DNA of 64,000 bases, taken from NCBI RefSeq assembly GCF_022045235.1, contig NW_027266286.1, positions 29,512,001 through 29,576,000 on the forward strand, in the 5' to 3' direction. The notes beneath the pieces were generated by a model. It worked only from the letters and a program-made list of their open reading frames with translations, was not told the DNA's origin and did no database searches. The position numbers and the translations under genes were made by a program. This DNA is from Haliotis cracherodii. Lineage: Eukaryota. How positions within the stretch are numbered: the first letter of the stretch is position 1; each line of letters starts with the position of its first letter. Shown here piece by piece: positions 1 through 13,864 of the stretch.

Positions 1-2503
1 AGAAGCATACCAACGACAGCATTCTGAACAGAAGGGAGAGACAGGAGGAAGTAGAGACGTCTCTGGTAGGGACCAAAGTCGCCAACTGTCACCAGCAACT
101 CGTCAAAATGCATCTATAACTATAGGAACAACATCACATATGGTGTTACTGTGAAGGCAAAGTAACCAGCTGCCTGGTTCTGTGCTTGTAATTAAAAATT
201 CCTAACCGCGCCCAATATTACAACGTGAATAAAATGCACGAATAGCAGGACGTCATGTGTATGGCTGTCTCGTCGTTATTGTTGATGCATGTACACCACG
301 AGATTGTATTGCGATCTCTCATTGGGTTGCCTACAACTGTGTTAAAAATGTAAATGATAATTGGCTTTGCACATTGTACCAGTTTAGGGAATTCAGAACA
401 TGGTCAAGCTTTGTGACTTGGCTGGCTGCTTACAATCGTTTCAATACACGTAAATCGCTGATCTGATGTGCTTGCTCCACACTTCCGCTCGATTCCTTAC
501 AAGCTGCCGTGATGCAATGATGCAATGATAACAAGAGCGTTGAAACATTATTTACTCTGAAGCTTTTGCAGGATGAGCAAATGTTAAGCTGGTGTAAATA
601 ATGTATGAAGGAAGTGTGTTGAGGCATCCACAACTTCCAGCATGTCCGTGTTCTGTTTCTTTTGTGCTGCTATACCTTGCATTACATATCATGAGAAGAT
701 TCAGACGGATACTTTCTGTAATGCATTGTATGAGGATATTATCATCAACGTATTCATTTAAATATTAGAGTGGTCTAAGAGTTGTGCCTTTTAGAACTGA
801 CAGGATCCGCTGACTGTTGGTTTGAATTAGCCACGGTTGTGGCCTTTGGTCCCGTCAGCACATTGTGTGACACCTATTGCTACAGTTCAATATCGTCATA
901 ATTCTTAAAGGGAAAATATACAGTTTCCACTCGACCGATTGTTATCCTTACACAAGCGTTTTTTTATTATTATGTTACGTAACACATGCCTGCATTAATC
1001 ATCTTATAATATGGAATTGCCTCCTTCCTGCGATGAAGTGGCACAAGCATACTGTGGAAAATAATACAGGCTCGTGATATGTGTAAGTAATTTTAGTGGC
1101 GTCAGAAACTGTTGGAAATACATTTGTAGTGAAGATCTTCAGCAACCTATAAGAAGAGGTAGCGGGATCGGGTGGTCAGGCTCGCTTACTTGGTAGATGC
1201 ATGTCATCGATCTCAAACGAGGCTAGGGCGAATCCCTTGTGGTAACTAATCATGGGAAATCTTCAACTACAAGCTCGACTTTTTATGGCGTATTATTATG
1301 TGAGAAAAGGGATTAACCACTGTGTTCGGTTGTTACCGAAAAACCTACACACGAGTGATTAATCTTCCACGATCAGAACGAGGCTTTGCCGTTAACAGCC
1401 GAACACAGTGGTTAATCCTCTATGTATACATCCTGTATTCTAACTTGTTCTTCAATTCAAGTGTTAACATCCAGTATTGTTCCTCGTTCTTGACTTCGCG
1501 CATTTACGTCCGGTAATGCTACTTGTTGATGACTAGGTGTGTTTACATCGTTACCTTGCTTCCGCGTTGCGAGAAAATCAGATTTAATACAATCATGTAG
1601 CTTTCTTACTGTGTATTCTTGTAATTACTGGTAACACAGTTCCTGAGTTGTCACTGGTAATTATCTCCTTTTGCAAAAAAGTGTTGCTTTACATTTGCTA
1701 TACATTCATTTGTTTCAACGGACGTTTGGTTTACACTGTATCCTTAGTGGATAGGGCGACATGGGTTTGCTTTTTTCATCCGTGGTTTGTGTTGATTTGT
1801 TTACTCTTCATTACTTGGAAGTAGGTCACATGTTTACACAAGTTCGGTGTTTTGGTTTTCCACTTCATGTATTTGCTTCAGTTCTCGGAGATAATAAGTG
1901 CTTTTTTCCGTTATTCCTTATTTACCACTAAGGCTAAACGGAAGTGTTCAAGACAAGGGAGGCCAGCCATTCATCGTGCAAAGTAACCCTGTCCGTATTC
2001 TTGTTATCACCGTCACAAATCTCTTTCCTCAAAACTAACACTGCCATGTGCATGTAGCATATATTCAGGAATTACAGCACATCACAGTACGTTAAAGGGT
2101 CACGACTGCAGAACAAGCATTGCATTTCGAAGAATAAACAATTTGTACGCATAATAAAGCAAAGCAACATTAGTTTTATATCCACATGAAAACATGATAG
2201 TGTCAAAAATATGTGTGTTGTATACTGATCTGCGTTAAAGTCGCTGCAGCAAAGCCTGAGGTGAATATTTTTTACATAACCTGATTAAAAAATTTAAATA
2301 CTTAACTATATTCCATCATCCAACCCTAATTAGGTTTTTAGTTTTGGTAAGGGTCTCTGCCTCATTAGGTTTTCTGGTAGCATAGTCCTGAATATGTGAC
2401 TAAATCTAATTTTCACACATTTGTGAATGACAAGAAACAATGTATATTTGATAAGCACAATACTTTATTGTGTGTGAAACATAAACGCATAGGATATATG
2501 TAA

Positions 2504-4016
2504 ACACGCGAAGTAAAGAAAGAGTTACAATACCAGAATACCGGATGTATACATGCGAAGTAGAGAAGAAGTTACAATATCGGATTATACTTGCGAAGTA
2601 AAGAACAGGTTAGAATACCGGATGTATACATGCAAAGTAAAGAACAGGTTAGAATACCGGATTATACATGCAGAGTAAAGAACAGGTTAGAATACCGGAT
2701 GTATACATGCGAAGTAAAGAACAGGTTAGAATACCGGATGTATACATGCGAAGTAAAGAACAGGTTAGAATACCGGATGTATACATGCGAAGTAAAGAAC
2801 AGGTTAGAATACCGGATTATACATGCAAAGTAAAGAACAGGTTAGAATACCGGATTATACATGCAAAGTAAAGAACAGGTTAGAATGCCGGATAATACAT
2901 GTGAAGTAAAGAACAGGTTAGAATACCGGATGTATACATGCGAAGTAAAGAACAGGTTAGAATACCGGATTATACATGCGAAGTAAAGAACAGGTTAGAA
3001 TACCAGATGTATACATGCGAAGTAAAGAACAGGTTAGAATACCAGATGTATACATGCGAAGTAAAGAACAGGTTAGAATACCGGATTATACATGCAAAGT
3101 AAAGAACAGGTTAGAATACCGGATTATACATGCAAAGTAAAGAACAGGTTAGAATACCGGATAATACATGCAAAGTAAAGAACAGGTTAGAATACCGGAT
3201 TATACATGCAAAGTAAAGAACAGGTTAGAATACCGGATGTATACATGCGAAGTAAAGAACAGGTTAGAATACCGGATGTATACATGCGAAGTAAAGAACA
3301 GGTTAGAATACCGGATTATACATGCAAAGTAAAGAACAGGTTAGAATACCAGATGTATACATGCGAAGTAAAGAACAGGTTAGAATACCGGATGTATACA
3401 TGCGAAGTAAAGAACAGGTTAGAATACCGGATTATACATGCAAAGTAAAGAACAGGTTAGAATACCGGATTATACATGCAAAGTAAAGAACAGGTTAGAA
3501 TGCCGGATAATACATGTGAAGTAAAGAACAGGTTAGAATACCAGATGTATACATGCGAAGTAAAGAACAGGTTAGAATACCGGATGTATACATGCGAAGT
3601 AAAGAACAGGTTAGAATACCGGATTATACATGCAAAGTAAAGAACAGGTTAGAATACCGGATTATACATGCAAAGTAAAGAACAGGTTAGAATGCCGGAT
3701 AATACATGTGAAGTAAAGAACAGGTTAGAATACCAGATGTATACATGCGAAGTAAAGAACAGGTTAGAATACCGGATTATACATGCGAAGTAAAGAACAA
3801 GTTAGAATACCGGATGTATACATGCGAAGTAAAGAACAAGTTAGGATAACGGATTATACATGCGAAGTAAAGAACAAGTTAGGATACCGGATGTATACAT
3901 GCAAAGTAAAGAACAAGTTAGGATACCGGATGCATACATGCGAAGTAAAGAATAAGTTAGGATAACGGATGCATACATTCGAAATGAAAAACAAGTAAGA
4001 ATACCGGATTATACAT
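2504..4016. repeat. Minisatellite, 38/39-bp unit ATACATGCGAAGTAAAGAACAGGTTAGAATACCGGAT(G)T, ~39 copies
   Basis: Direct tandem periodicity. Confidence 0.97.
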
Positions 4017-4724
4017 AGACCTTGTACTCAATAGATAATGATATAATGTGTCAAAAAGGTTGATTTGGTAGCTTTTTATGATGCGTTTTTCTAATATTTG
4101 AATTTCAGAGATGTACATGGTAAATAATCTGCCTTTTCCACTTTTATTTAGCCACATTTGACAATGTCAAAACTCCAAAACTGGATGGTATAGGAAAGTA
4201 AAAAGTAAGTTGTCAGCCATTTGAACATGTTGGATAATATAAATACCAATATTTCAAACTTCCAATTCAGTTTCGCGATTTTAAATCTACAGGTACCAAA
4301 GCTCTAAATTGAAAACACCTAATCTATCTCCTATTTAATTGTTGAGTACTTATTGTATACAGTGTGTGTTGAGTGTAAGTTGAAGCCCGTTGCAAAAAAA
4401 AGTAGTTTAACACATTAATATGAAAGCGTGAAAAGTGGCTACGTTATGTAAACATTGATTGATTTACAGCATTCCAAGTCATTATGATTTTAACATCATC
4501 GTAAAAATGTTCGGAATATAGTCTCTTGAATCGATGAATTTATGTCCAGTTATTGCCTTCCCAAATATACATTACATGTATGTTATCTATTATTGTAACA
4601 GGTAGTAGTATCGCCACATATGCACATAAATTATGACTGCTTCCTTGAAATATGCATAAGTACTGTTTACATATTTCACAAATAACATTACAGTTGTATT
4701 GGGCAACTAGATGTTTATGACCTC

Positions 4725-4740
4725 TGTGTGTGTGTGTGGG

Positions 4741-4776
<36 letters not shown>

Positions 4777-4779
4777 TGT
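4725..4779. repeat. (TG)n-(CGTG)n microsatellite
   Basis: Direct reading. Confidence 0.95.
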
Positions 4780-5129
4780 CCATATAGATATTCTTTTAAT
4801 TCCGGGGAAGGAAAGAAAATATATGAATCAGTTGATGAACCTTGTGTACTATTTAATAAGTGTGGACTTATGGATATATTCCCGAATACTCAGCAACTTG
4901 GATCTGCATGTTTGAGCACATGTATTTATAACACAATAAAAACTCCCTGATTATTTTGCATAGGTGAACAAGGTGTGATAAAGAGAGATATTTACTTGTA
5001 TAACAACAGCATAACAACGGCAGCATTCTGGGTAGTATTGTGGAGTAACCATCTGCCTTGTGCTGTGCTTCCAATTCACAATTTCTCTACCACAGCTAAA
5101 TATTACATTTTGAATAAAAGCAGCAGGAA

Positions 5130-6480
5130 GTCATATACTATGCGGCACTCGTGAAGAGCAACCTCCCCTTGGTGAGTGCTGGGTAACGCTAATAGCTCTT
5201 CCCCCATGTGGAACGGGGGAAGAATGTTTCCACAGCACCCCATTGCTGGTCGTAAAAGGCGACCGAATTGGGCAACCTGTTTGCCGTGGGTTGCGCCCCT
5301 GTGTCGGCGGAGGACGGGAGTCTGGTGGTTGAGGGCACTTTGCCCAATACACCACTTTGACCCTTACTTGGCCTAGACGGGTGGTAGAATGGGCCCGGTT
5401 CTATCAATCGGCTGGCCACGTCAAGCCCTGAGCACATATTGTGTTTCAACTGATTTGACTTTTGATTTAACTTTCCGACTTGGCCAAATTATATATGTAT
5501 CAAATCTTGAATTTTGATTGTTAATTGTTTCAATTGCCTAGAGTCGTATGCCCAGAAGGCGGTGGCTCATGGGCCAATCTGGTGGACTACATTAAGTTTT
5601 ACTTAATTTGTCTGCTTGAGTATACCATTCCAGTATCCTTGGTGCTGCCAGTTGGAGATCCACTGGCGTATAGCATTGTCCCTGTGATACTCCATGGTGG
5701 GTGGGGATCTGGGATGGTGAACCTTTTACAAATTCAAAATGGCACACCCAAAAAAACCAAACGTTCTTTGGAAGATTCCTCGGATGAGGAGACCACCATC
5801 CTAAAGTGTTCTTCTGGTAGTTGGGCTAGATTTTTAGTGGTTTCCGCCACTGATGGTACACCTTTGAAATTGAATCCTTTTGCAATTTCTAAGGCACTCT
5901 ATGGCATTGCTGGAGATGTCCAGGATGTCAAAAAAATCGATTGGGATTGCTGTTAGTTGAATGTAAGACTGAAAACAATCAACCACCTTACTAGCTGCCA
6001 AGCAATTAGTTGCCACTCCAGTTTTGATTTCACCACACAAAACTCTAAATTCCAGCAAAGGAATCATCAGAGATAGGAAACGTTGTCTCTCTGATATGTC
6101 AGAAATTGAAATAACTGATGAGCTTAAAGATCAAGGAGTTACTCACGTCAAACGCTTCACGTACAAGCGAGATGATAAAACCTTCAACTCCAATACTTAC
6201 CTGACGACATTTTCCAAGCCAACACGTCCAAAAAATATCAAAGCAGGATATTTTGACATCGAAGTGGATCAATATATTCCAAACCCACTTCGGTGTTACA
6301 AATGCCAGCAGTTCGGGCACGGTGCCCAATCTTGCAACCATCGCAAGATCTGTCATCAGTGTGGTGAAGATGACCACAATATGGAAACTAGGTGTACGAA
6401 AAACCCTCATTGTGCTAACTGCTCTGGTGATCATGTGGCATCCTCGAAATCCTGTCCTCAATTTAAAATTTCCGATATGA
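5130..6480 (+). mobile_element. 5' part of an I/Nimb-like non-LTR retrotransposon: 5'UTR plus frameshifted ORF1 (gag-like, CCHC zinc knuckles); ORF2 absent
   Basis: Segments W.RFLVV...LNPFAISKAL.GIAG, PHKTLNSSKGII, YIPNPLRCYKCQQFGH, C..CG...H and CANCSGDH.ASS..CP, spread over frameshifts near 5745 and 5940-5980. Confidence 0.85.
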
Positions 6481-6743
6481 ATGCTTTAATAAGTCTGGAT
6501 CAAGCAAGAGTCCACAAAATGGCCGCTGTATGAATTGCATTGAATATCATTGGCTGAACAAACATATATTACAGGAACACGAGTGCAGCCTAACTACCGA
6601 AATTTCGGTCTTTTGTAATGCAACCATTAGCCAAAAGTACATGATTCATTTTCTTTGGCTGACTGGCGTATAGTGAGTTCATGTACTCTTGAGTGAGTAA
6701 AGTCCACATGTCCAGTTTTTTCCACACATTTTTCTACGATGTT

Positions 6744-8160
6744 TGTGTTGAAGCTGTGGTGATCATTTCACTGCAGTGTTGAAGCTGTGGTAGTCATTTC
6801 ACTACAGTGTTGAAGCTGTGGTAGTCATTTCACTGCAGTGTTGAAGCTGTTATAGTCATTTCACTGCAGTGTTGAAGCTGTTGGAGTCATTTCACTGCAG
6901 TGTTGAAGCTGTGGTGATCATTTCACTGCAGTGTTGAAGCTGTGGTGATCATTTCACTGCAGTGTTGAAGCTGTGGTAGTCATTTCACTGCAGTGTTGAA
7001 GCTGTTATAGTCATTTCACTGCAGTGTTGAAGCTGTTGTAGTCATTTCACTGCAGTGTTGAAGCTGTGGTGATCATTTCACTGCAGTGTTGAAGCTGTGG
7101 TGATCATTTCACTGCAGTGTTGAAGCTGTGGTGATCATTTCACTGCAGTGTTGAAGCTGTGGTAGTCATTTCACTGCAGTGTTGAAGCTGTTATAGTCAT
7201 TTCACTGCAGTGTTGAAGCTGTTGTAGTCATTTCACTGCAGTGTTGAAGCTGTTGTAGCCATTTCACTGCAGTGTTGAAGCTGTGGTGATCATTTCACTG
7301 CAGTGTTGAAGCTGTTATAGTCATTTCACTGCAGTGTTGAAGCTGTGGTGATCATTTCACTGCGGTGTTGAAGCTGTGGTGATCATTTCACTGCAGTGTT
7401 GAAGCTGTGGTAGTCATTTCACTGCAGTGTTGAAGCTGTGGTAGTCATTTCACTGCAGTGTTGAAGCTGTTATAATCATTTCACTGCAGTGTTGAAACTG
7501 TGGTAGTCATTTCACTGCAGTGTTGAAGCTGTGGTGATCATTTCACTGCAGTGTTGAAGCTATTGTCGTCATTTCACTGCAGTGTTGAAACTGTGGTAGT
7601 CATTTCAAAGCAGTGTTGAAGCTGTGGTAGTTATTTCACTGCAGTGTTGAAGCTGTTGTAGTAATTCCACTGCAGTGTTGAAGCTATTGTCGTCATTTCC
7701 CTGCAGTGTTGAAACTGTGGTAGTCATTTCAAAGCAGTGTTGAAACTGTGGTAGTCATTTCACTGCAGTGTTGAAGCTGTGGTGATCATTTCACTGCAGT
7801 GTTGAAGCTGTGGTGATCATTTCACTGCAGTGTTGAAGCTGTGGTGATCATTTCACTGCAGTGTTGAAGCTGTGGTGATCATTTCACTGCAGTGTTGAAG
7901 CTGTGGTAGTCATTTCACTGCAGTGTTGAAGCTGTGGTGATCATTTCACTGCAGTGTTGAAACTGTGGTGATCATTTCACTGCAATGTTGAAGCTGTGGT
8001 GATCATTTCACTGCAGTGTTGAAGCTGTTATAGTCCTTTCACTGCAGTGTTGAACCTGTTGTAGTCCGTTCACTGCAGTGTTAGCGCTGTTGTAGTCATT
8101 TCACTGCAGAGTTGAAGCTGTGGTGATCATTTCACTGCAGTGTTGAAGCTGTGGTAGTCC
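6744..8160. repeat. Minisatellite, 31-bp unit GTGTTGAAGCTGTGGTAGTCATTTCACTGCA, ~45 copies
   Basis: Direct tandem periodicity; each junction contains the palindrome CACTGCAGTG. Confidence 0.97.
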
Positions 8161-10395
8161 GTTCGTTGTCTGAGTGTCATTTTTATGTTTCCACAAGTTC
8201 GTCTGTCTTCATACGTGTAATGATTAAATTTTCCTTGTGTTCATTGAAATTCCTGCATTCTGATTAGCTGAATTGGTCACGTGTTATTGCATTCATTTCC
8301 CAATGAATGTAAAAAAAGTAAGCCACGCCCACCGAAGCGGACAACTTGTATTACTACGGAATGTCGGGGAATCCTAATATTACATGCGAGGGAATTCCCT
8401 TTCTGCTCACGTGTATCGGCATGCACTGGGCATTTAGCGAAATTCATGCATATTCCTTGTCCATACAACCCTTAAGACCGAAGGCCGAGAAGAAATGAAA
8501 CAGCAAATGTGCAGACTCGCTCGCCTGTTTTTGTCCCGCTCGCCTCGATGCCACAACTTTCATTTCTTCAGGTTTCATTTCTAACTAGCATTTTTCCAAC
8601 TGGGTCTTCCCGTTCACCGGGAACTAATGTTCGAATCTGGCGGTAACTGACTATATCATTTGAAACAGCCGCCTTCTCCCGGTCCTTTGAACTTTGTTAT
8701 AATCCTACTCTCCGTTGATTGGCTACTGACTGTGTGGGCGTGTCAAGCTATGTGCTTAAATTAAACAATCACCGGATTCATGTCACGCCACAGTATGTAT
8801 TCCTACACCGTGTTTTTGTCTACTTTTATATAAACAACTGTTTTTGGCTAAACTATTATATGTTTTCGTTACCGAAAAAAATACACAGTCAATCCTTAAT
8901 TGGAAAAGATAGCCACAACATGTTTATCTTTGTACATTCCAAGACATTGAGGCTTCCACCTTTCTACATCCGTTCTCCAAACATAAACGTTCTGATCTTT
9001 ATCTTCCACTACCTGAGTTTCATCTGAAAATATAACTTAAGACCCGTTTTTCACAAGTTTCTGAAATGTTAGTCCAGTCAAGATGTGAAATACCCAAACG
9101 AAATTGGTACAGAAATTAGCTGTTTGATTTTAGATTGTCTATAGGAGATGACATGTCCGCCGATCTGGTGCAATTCGAACTTTTGTTTGGTTCGTTGCCA
9201 TTAGATACCTGCAGTTAAGTGAGGAAAAGAATAATGCTGTTCAGAATTTGTCATGACTTAAATGGGAGACTTTTCCAGAATGTCATGGAAAAGTATACGT
9301 GTGTGACACACAATGGAGCAGGTGTTGTAGATTATATGTTTGCAAGCTCTTAATAATTTCCTTATTTTAGTGATTTCGGTAATCATTATAAAGAATAATC
9401 AATACATGTTCCACTGTTTTGCCCCATGAACATACAGTTAGATGTTGAAACTTTCATGACCAACGACTCCGAGAATACTCTGAAGCTCCCATAAAATATT
9501 ATGATTATTTCTGAGATAGATCACAGGCTAGCACATTTCGGATAAACGTCCTGGATGTATTTTTAAGAAAGTATGAAGACCTGGTCGAAACTGCATATGG
9601 CAACATACAATAGTCTTTGGAATTGTTTATGTATATATATTATAATGCTGCTAAATTTGCTAAAACAAGTTCTAAAGCAACAAAACAAAATACAAATCCC
9701 AGGTGGAATCAAGAGCTTGAGGACATTAAATATAAAAAAATGTAGCTCACTTCGATCACGTGGAGACTTTGGGATTGATATCAACATAAACTGAAGGCCA
9801 AAAGTAATTATTGCCATTTTAAAAATGAAATTGCAAAGATTTACAAGCACAAGTTCAAAAATAAATCAATACAAAACACATCGTGCAAACACATCAATGC
9901 ACTACGCAGATATACGTTCACTGCATGTTTTTGTTTGCCTGTTGTTGTTTTTTGTTTCTTTTGTAGAATATGCGAAAAAGTGAAAAACACATGCGGCATG
10001 GGCAGCCGAAACTACACGGATGTATAAATGATACGGACGGCATGCCAGACACTCACATTCATAAACATGTCGACGTCGCGGGTTCTGCCAACGATGTAAT
10101 TGAGGGAACTGAGGCGGTGCGGATGAGGTATAAAAGGATTTATTACCTGTAAAAATATATAAATCACATCAACATGAAATGATGAGTCGAGGAAGAAAGA
10201 ATGTCTTCCCTCGACAATGGCCTGACATAAAGTGGCATTTGAAAGTGTCCACGTCACACCCCAGGTATCAGCACGAGATACTGCTGGTAAGAAAACCAGG
10301 AGTAAGATTGAGAGATGAAGCGTCCGTAAAATGAAACAGATAACTCTTGGCAACTTACCCTAAATAAATCCGGCGACAAACAAAACACCACAAAA

Positions 10396-10990
10396 ATGCC
10401 ATGACTGACACCAGAACAACGCGAGCGGCCCTGGGCATGATACCGATCGGAGCCATCCATGCCCACATTGCTAGAACTTTGGGTTGATCACATGTTGTTG
10501 TAGCTAACTTCATGTAACGTTACAGATAGACCGGAGAACCGGACAGTTATTGACATCGACGTCGGAGATTGTGATGACCCCGGACTGTACGTCGTTGGCA
10601 GCGACGTGACTGGCCCCGGGCCGTCTTCACTGATTAAAGCCGGTTCTGTCTGTTAAGAGCTGAAGGAAGACTTAGTGTTTATAGCTAAAGGGGAGAGCGA
10701 ACGGTGGCATTTGACGTTCAGGAGGCCGCCGTATGGAGGGGGTGAAATGGTATGGGGAGAAATTTCAGCATGACAACCCAAATCTTACAGAACTTCATTG
10801 TGTTGCCGTGGCCTGGACGCTCCCAAGACATGTCCCCCATAGAACCCCTTTGTCATGGATCGTCGTGTCTGACAGCGACCACATCCTTCAGCCAGTCGAA
10901 AAGAACTGATCCAGGCCCTCTAAGAAGAATGGCGACGTATCCACTTCACTTCATGAGACAACTGACTTTTTATGTGCGCCTGAGAGTTAT
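10396..10990 (+). mobile_element. Decayed Tc1-like transposase remnant
   Basis: MP*LTPEQRER..LGM start, FTD*SRFCL (FSDESRF) and VLPWPGRSQDMSPIE (WP..SPDL.PIE); many stops and indels. Confidence 0.8.
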
Positions 10991-10996
10991 TCCGAG

Positions 10997-11133
10997 NNNN
11001 NNNNNNNNNNNNNNNNNNNNNNNNNNNNNNNNNNNNNNNNNNNNNNNNNNNNNNNNNNNNNNNNNNNNNNNNNNNNNNNNNNNNNNNNNNNNNNNNNNNN
11101 NNNNNNNNNNNNNNNNNNNNNNNNNNNNNNNNN
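10997..11133. other. Assembly gap (N run)
   Basis: 137 N. Confidence 0.99.
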
Positions 11134-11272
11134 GCCCTTTTCAGCAATATTCCAGCAATATCACGGCGGGGGATACCAGAAATGGGCTTCACATATTGTA
11201 CCCATGTGGGGAATCGAACCTGGGTCTTCGGCGTGACGAGCGAACGCTTTCACCACAAGGCTAACCGACCGC
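11134..11272 (-). mobile_element. tRNA-derived SINE family A copy (tail cut by the gap)
   Basis: Reverse complement of the 47212-47385 copy. Confidence 0.9.
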
Positions 11273-11399
11273 AATCTGTATGCAAAAACATGAAGGAGAG
11301 AAACTATCCCATGGTTTGAAATTGATGACGATATGTAATTCCACAATTTCCATCGAGTCTAAAACCATCTAAATATTTGTTTGTTTCCACCTTACCGAG

Positions 11400-11846
11400 A
11401 AACAAATGTCTGTTTTGAGGCCCTGACTGAATATCTCTCAGGCTTAAAGATAAATCCCGACCTAACGAGAATATGAGTTGGCTGGTCCTTTAGTGCACTC
11501 GCGGGTAGATATGATTTAATTAGAATTTGTTGAATCCATCTGGATTTACCTGTTGATTCGTTTGTTACTGTGAGAAAACAAGCGTTGCAAAGTGCAAAGT
11601 ATCCCTTTATTCTTATTATTTACCGTCACAAATCCCCTTCCTCACCTTTAACATTGTCATGTAAGTAAGTCAGTTGAAAGGAAATAGGTTAAAATCAATC
11701 TTTTGGTCAATTCCCTTGTTTTTATTTTACCAATCTGAGAAGAAATTGCGATTAATATGCATAAAGAAACAACGCGGAGGGGAGCACAATTAGTGCCAAT
11801 GGGAATGCCTGCTTCTTTCCAAAACGTCTTATCACCAAATTTCACA
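11400..11846 (-). mobile_element. Penelope-like reverse transcriptase fragment
   Basis: KFGDKTF....GIPIGTNCAP matches the GIPMGTNCAP RT motif; degenerate. Confidence 0.6.
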
Positions 11847-11848
11847 TA

Positions 11849-12006
11849 CAGTAAACTACGGTTTTAACGAACTCAAAAGGACCACTAAATTTGGTTCGTA
11901 ATAACTGTAGTTCATTATAAACATATATACAGCATACATACAACAAATGAACGTTACTAAATAATTAGTTCGTTATAAGCATGTTCGTTATAAACGTAGT
12001 TTACGG
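11849..12006. mobile_element. Tc1/pogo-type MITE
   Basis: TIRs CAGTAAACTACGGTTTTAACGAAC / GTTCGTTATAAACGTAGTTTACGG, flanked by TA on both sides. Confidence 0.8.
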
Positions 12007-12071
12007 TATTTTTTCAGATTATATTGGCTTTCATATTTGACAAATTTCACGAGCTTTTGAAGATAGAGATG

Positions 12072-12905
12072 CAACTGGTTGACTGATAAGTTCTGAGCCT
12101 CACATAGAAGGATTTGCTTAATAGTGACATCTTTTGTTCTCAACATTACACGATGCCATGAATATCCATGAATACTACTTTTGTAGACATTTCCCAGGAG
12201 TGAGTACGTGGCCTCTTCTCTTTTCTCCCATAGTGTCTGGCCTTTTGTAAGTCCTCGTCATCCCGGAACACGATGAATTCGCATTATGATACACTCTTGA
12301 GGCAATTACAGCATGAAATTGTTACTAAGAGACATTTGAAGCTGAGAAATGGTATGCTCAGCTCTTTCTCCCTTATATTTCCTTTTTTACAAACAATTGT
12401 AAGACTTATCGAGGTCATCTTTTTCTGACACATGAAACAAAAGGAAGAAAACTTCGCAGTAACTTTTACTTCAGATCAAAAAAGATATCTTCTTGGAAAA
12501 AATAGCAACAACAACAGAACAATCAAAACTGGAAGCCTTTGACATCATCACCAAAGAGTGAGTGAGTGAGTGAGTGTAACGCCGCTATCAACAGTATTCC
12601 AGTTATATCACGACATGTGAGCCTAATGTGGGAGGAAAGCCCGAAGTACTGCCCGTCTCGGACGTTTACCTCTTCGATGGAACCCACGAGCACGGGTATG
12701 CTGCTGACAAACCTAGAGACATAATCGGGGCGAACCATGATTCGAACCGCGGCGCCTTAGAAGGCTGGGCCATGCGTGCCCCCTCATCAGCAAAGAAGGC
12801 GAAGACTGTCCCATCAGCTGGAAAGTCCGTGTCCTGGGATGACGAGCAGTTTCCGCAACAGTAACAAAGCGATCTTGAAGATGCTGTCGCACAATCTGAC
12901 GATCC
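12072..12905 (+). mobile_element. Scattered mariner-like transposon remnants, interrupted by a SINE
   Basis: TIR-like GACTGATAAGTTCTGAGCCT; LRQLQHEIVTKR..KLRNGML near 12297; PSSAKKAKTVPSAGK...WD near 12780. Confidence 0.6.
12556..12750 (-). mobile_element. SINE family C copy
   Basis: Reverse complement of 35639-35873, with the (ACTC)n tail. Confidence 0.8.
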
Positions 12906-13068
12906 CGTCTTCCACTACGTGATCGGTCACTAGTAGTGTTGGTGGTCTGGTACCGTTGCTGGAGCCTGTATGGACTTGAAATGAATTGGCTACTTGCCGG
13001 GCGGGTGGTCCATCTTGCAATCGTCTAGGGGCTTGGGGTCGCTGATTTTGTTTGTCAGTCTTGGCATG
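12905..13068 (-). mobile_element. Tc1-like transposase N-terminal (HTH) remnant
   Basis: MPRLT..QR.QA..RLQDG..ARQVANSFQVH and RLQQRYQTTNTTSDRSRSGR across frameshifts. Confidence 0.7.
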
Positions 13069-13864
13069 TGGTAGCAATTCAATAACGAATGAATATTATC
13101 CGATCTGGGTGGATTTTTATAGGGCGAGAAATGGGGGAACGCATGTGCATTTCATTTTGCACGGAACTCATGTGCATCGGGTTACCATGGCCGTTGCCGT
13201 GATGTGTTTGGGCGATCGGTTTTATTGTCATCTGCTTTGTTTTTTACCATTAAGTTTCATTTTTTCCGGACAAGGTAATGTTAAATTTTAGAAACTTTGA
13301 CAAAAATTACCCAGCTATTTAAATGACAACTTTTCACGCAATGTTACTTGGGATGATGTGTCTTTTGCGGTTCAGTAAAGATGAAGCTGAGTTTCAAAAA
13401 GCGAACTCTGGTGACAAATCGTATTCAACTAAGAATCGTATTCAAACGCTAAGAATGTATTTTTGGGTCCCAGTCTACTGGAACCTTTTTCATTTGATTC
13501 AGCTGATTTTTGTGTGCGACAACGCAATCCTGGCGAAACATTCTAAGATGATCTTCATGGGAGGATGCTTCGTGGGAGCATTTGCTGCTTGAGCCCTGGG
13601 TGACAAGTAAGTGGTGACAATATGAGTACAAAACTGAAAAAAACGTCATCCTTGATCATCCAGCGTCTTTAATCCCCATTCTGTTGTGACAAATACCCTC
13701 ACCCATGCGCCACATTAGCTTCGTTATTAGTCGATTTGACTTGACGCTACGATCAGCCGTCCAACTCCGATGTCTTGAGAAACTTTGTGCTGACAGGTAC
13801 TGACAGGAGAAATGGAGATTATAGTGGGGAAGTATTATTTGTCAATCTCATTAAAATCGGACCT

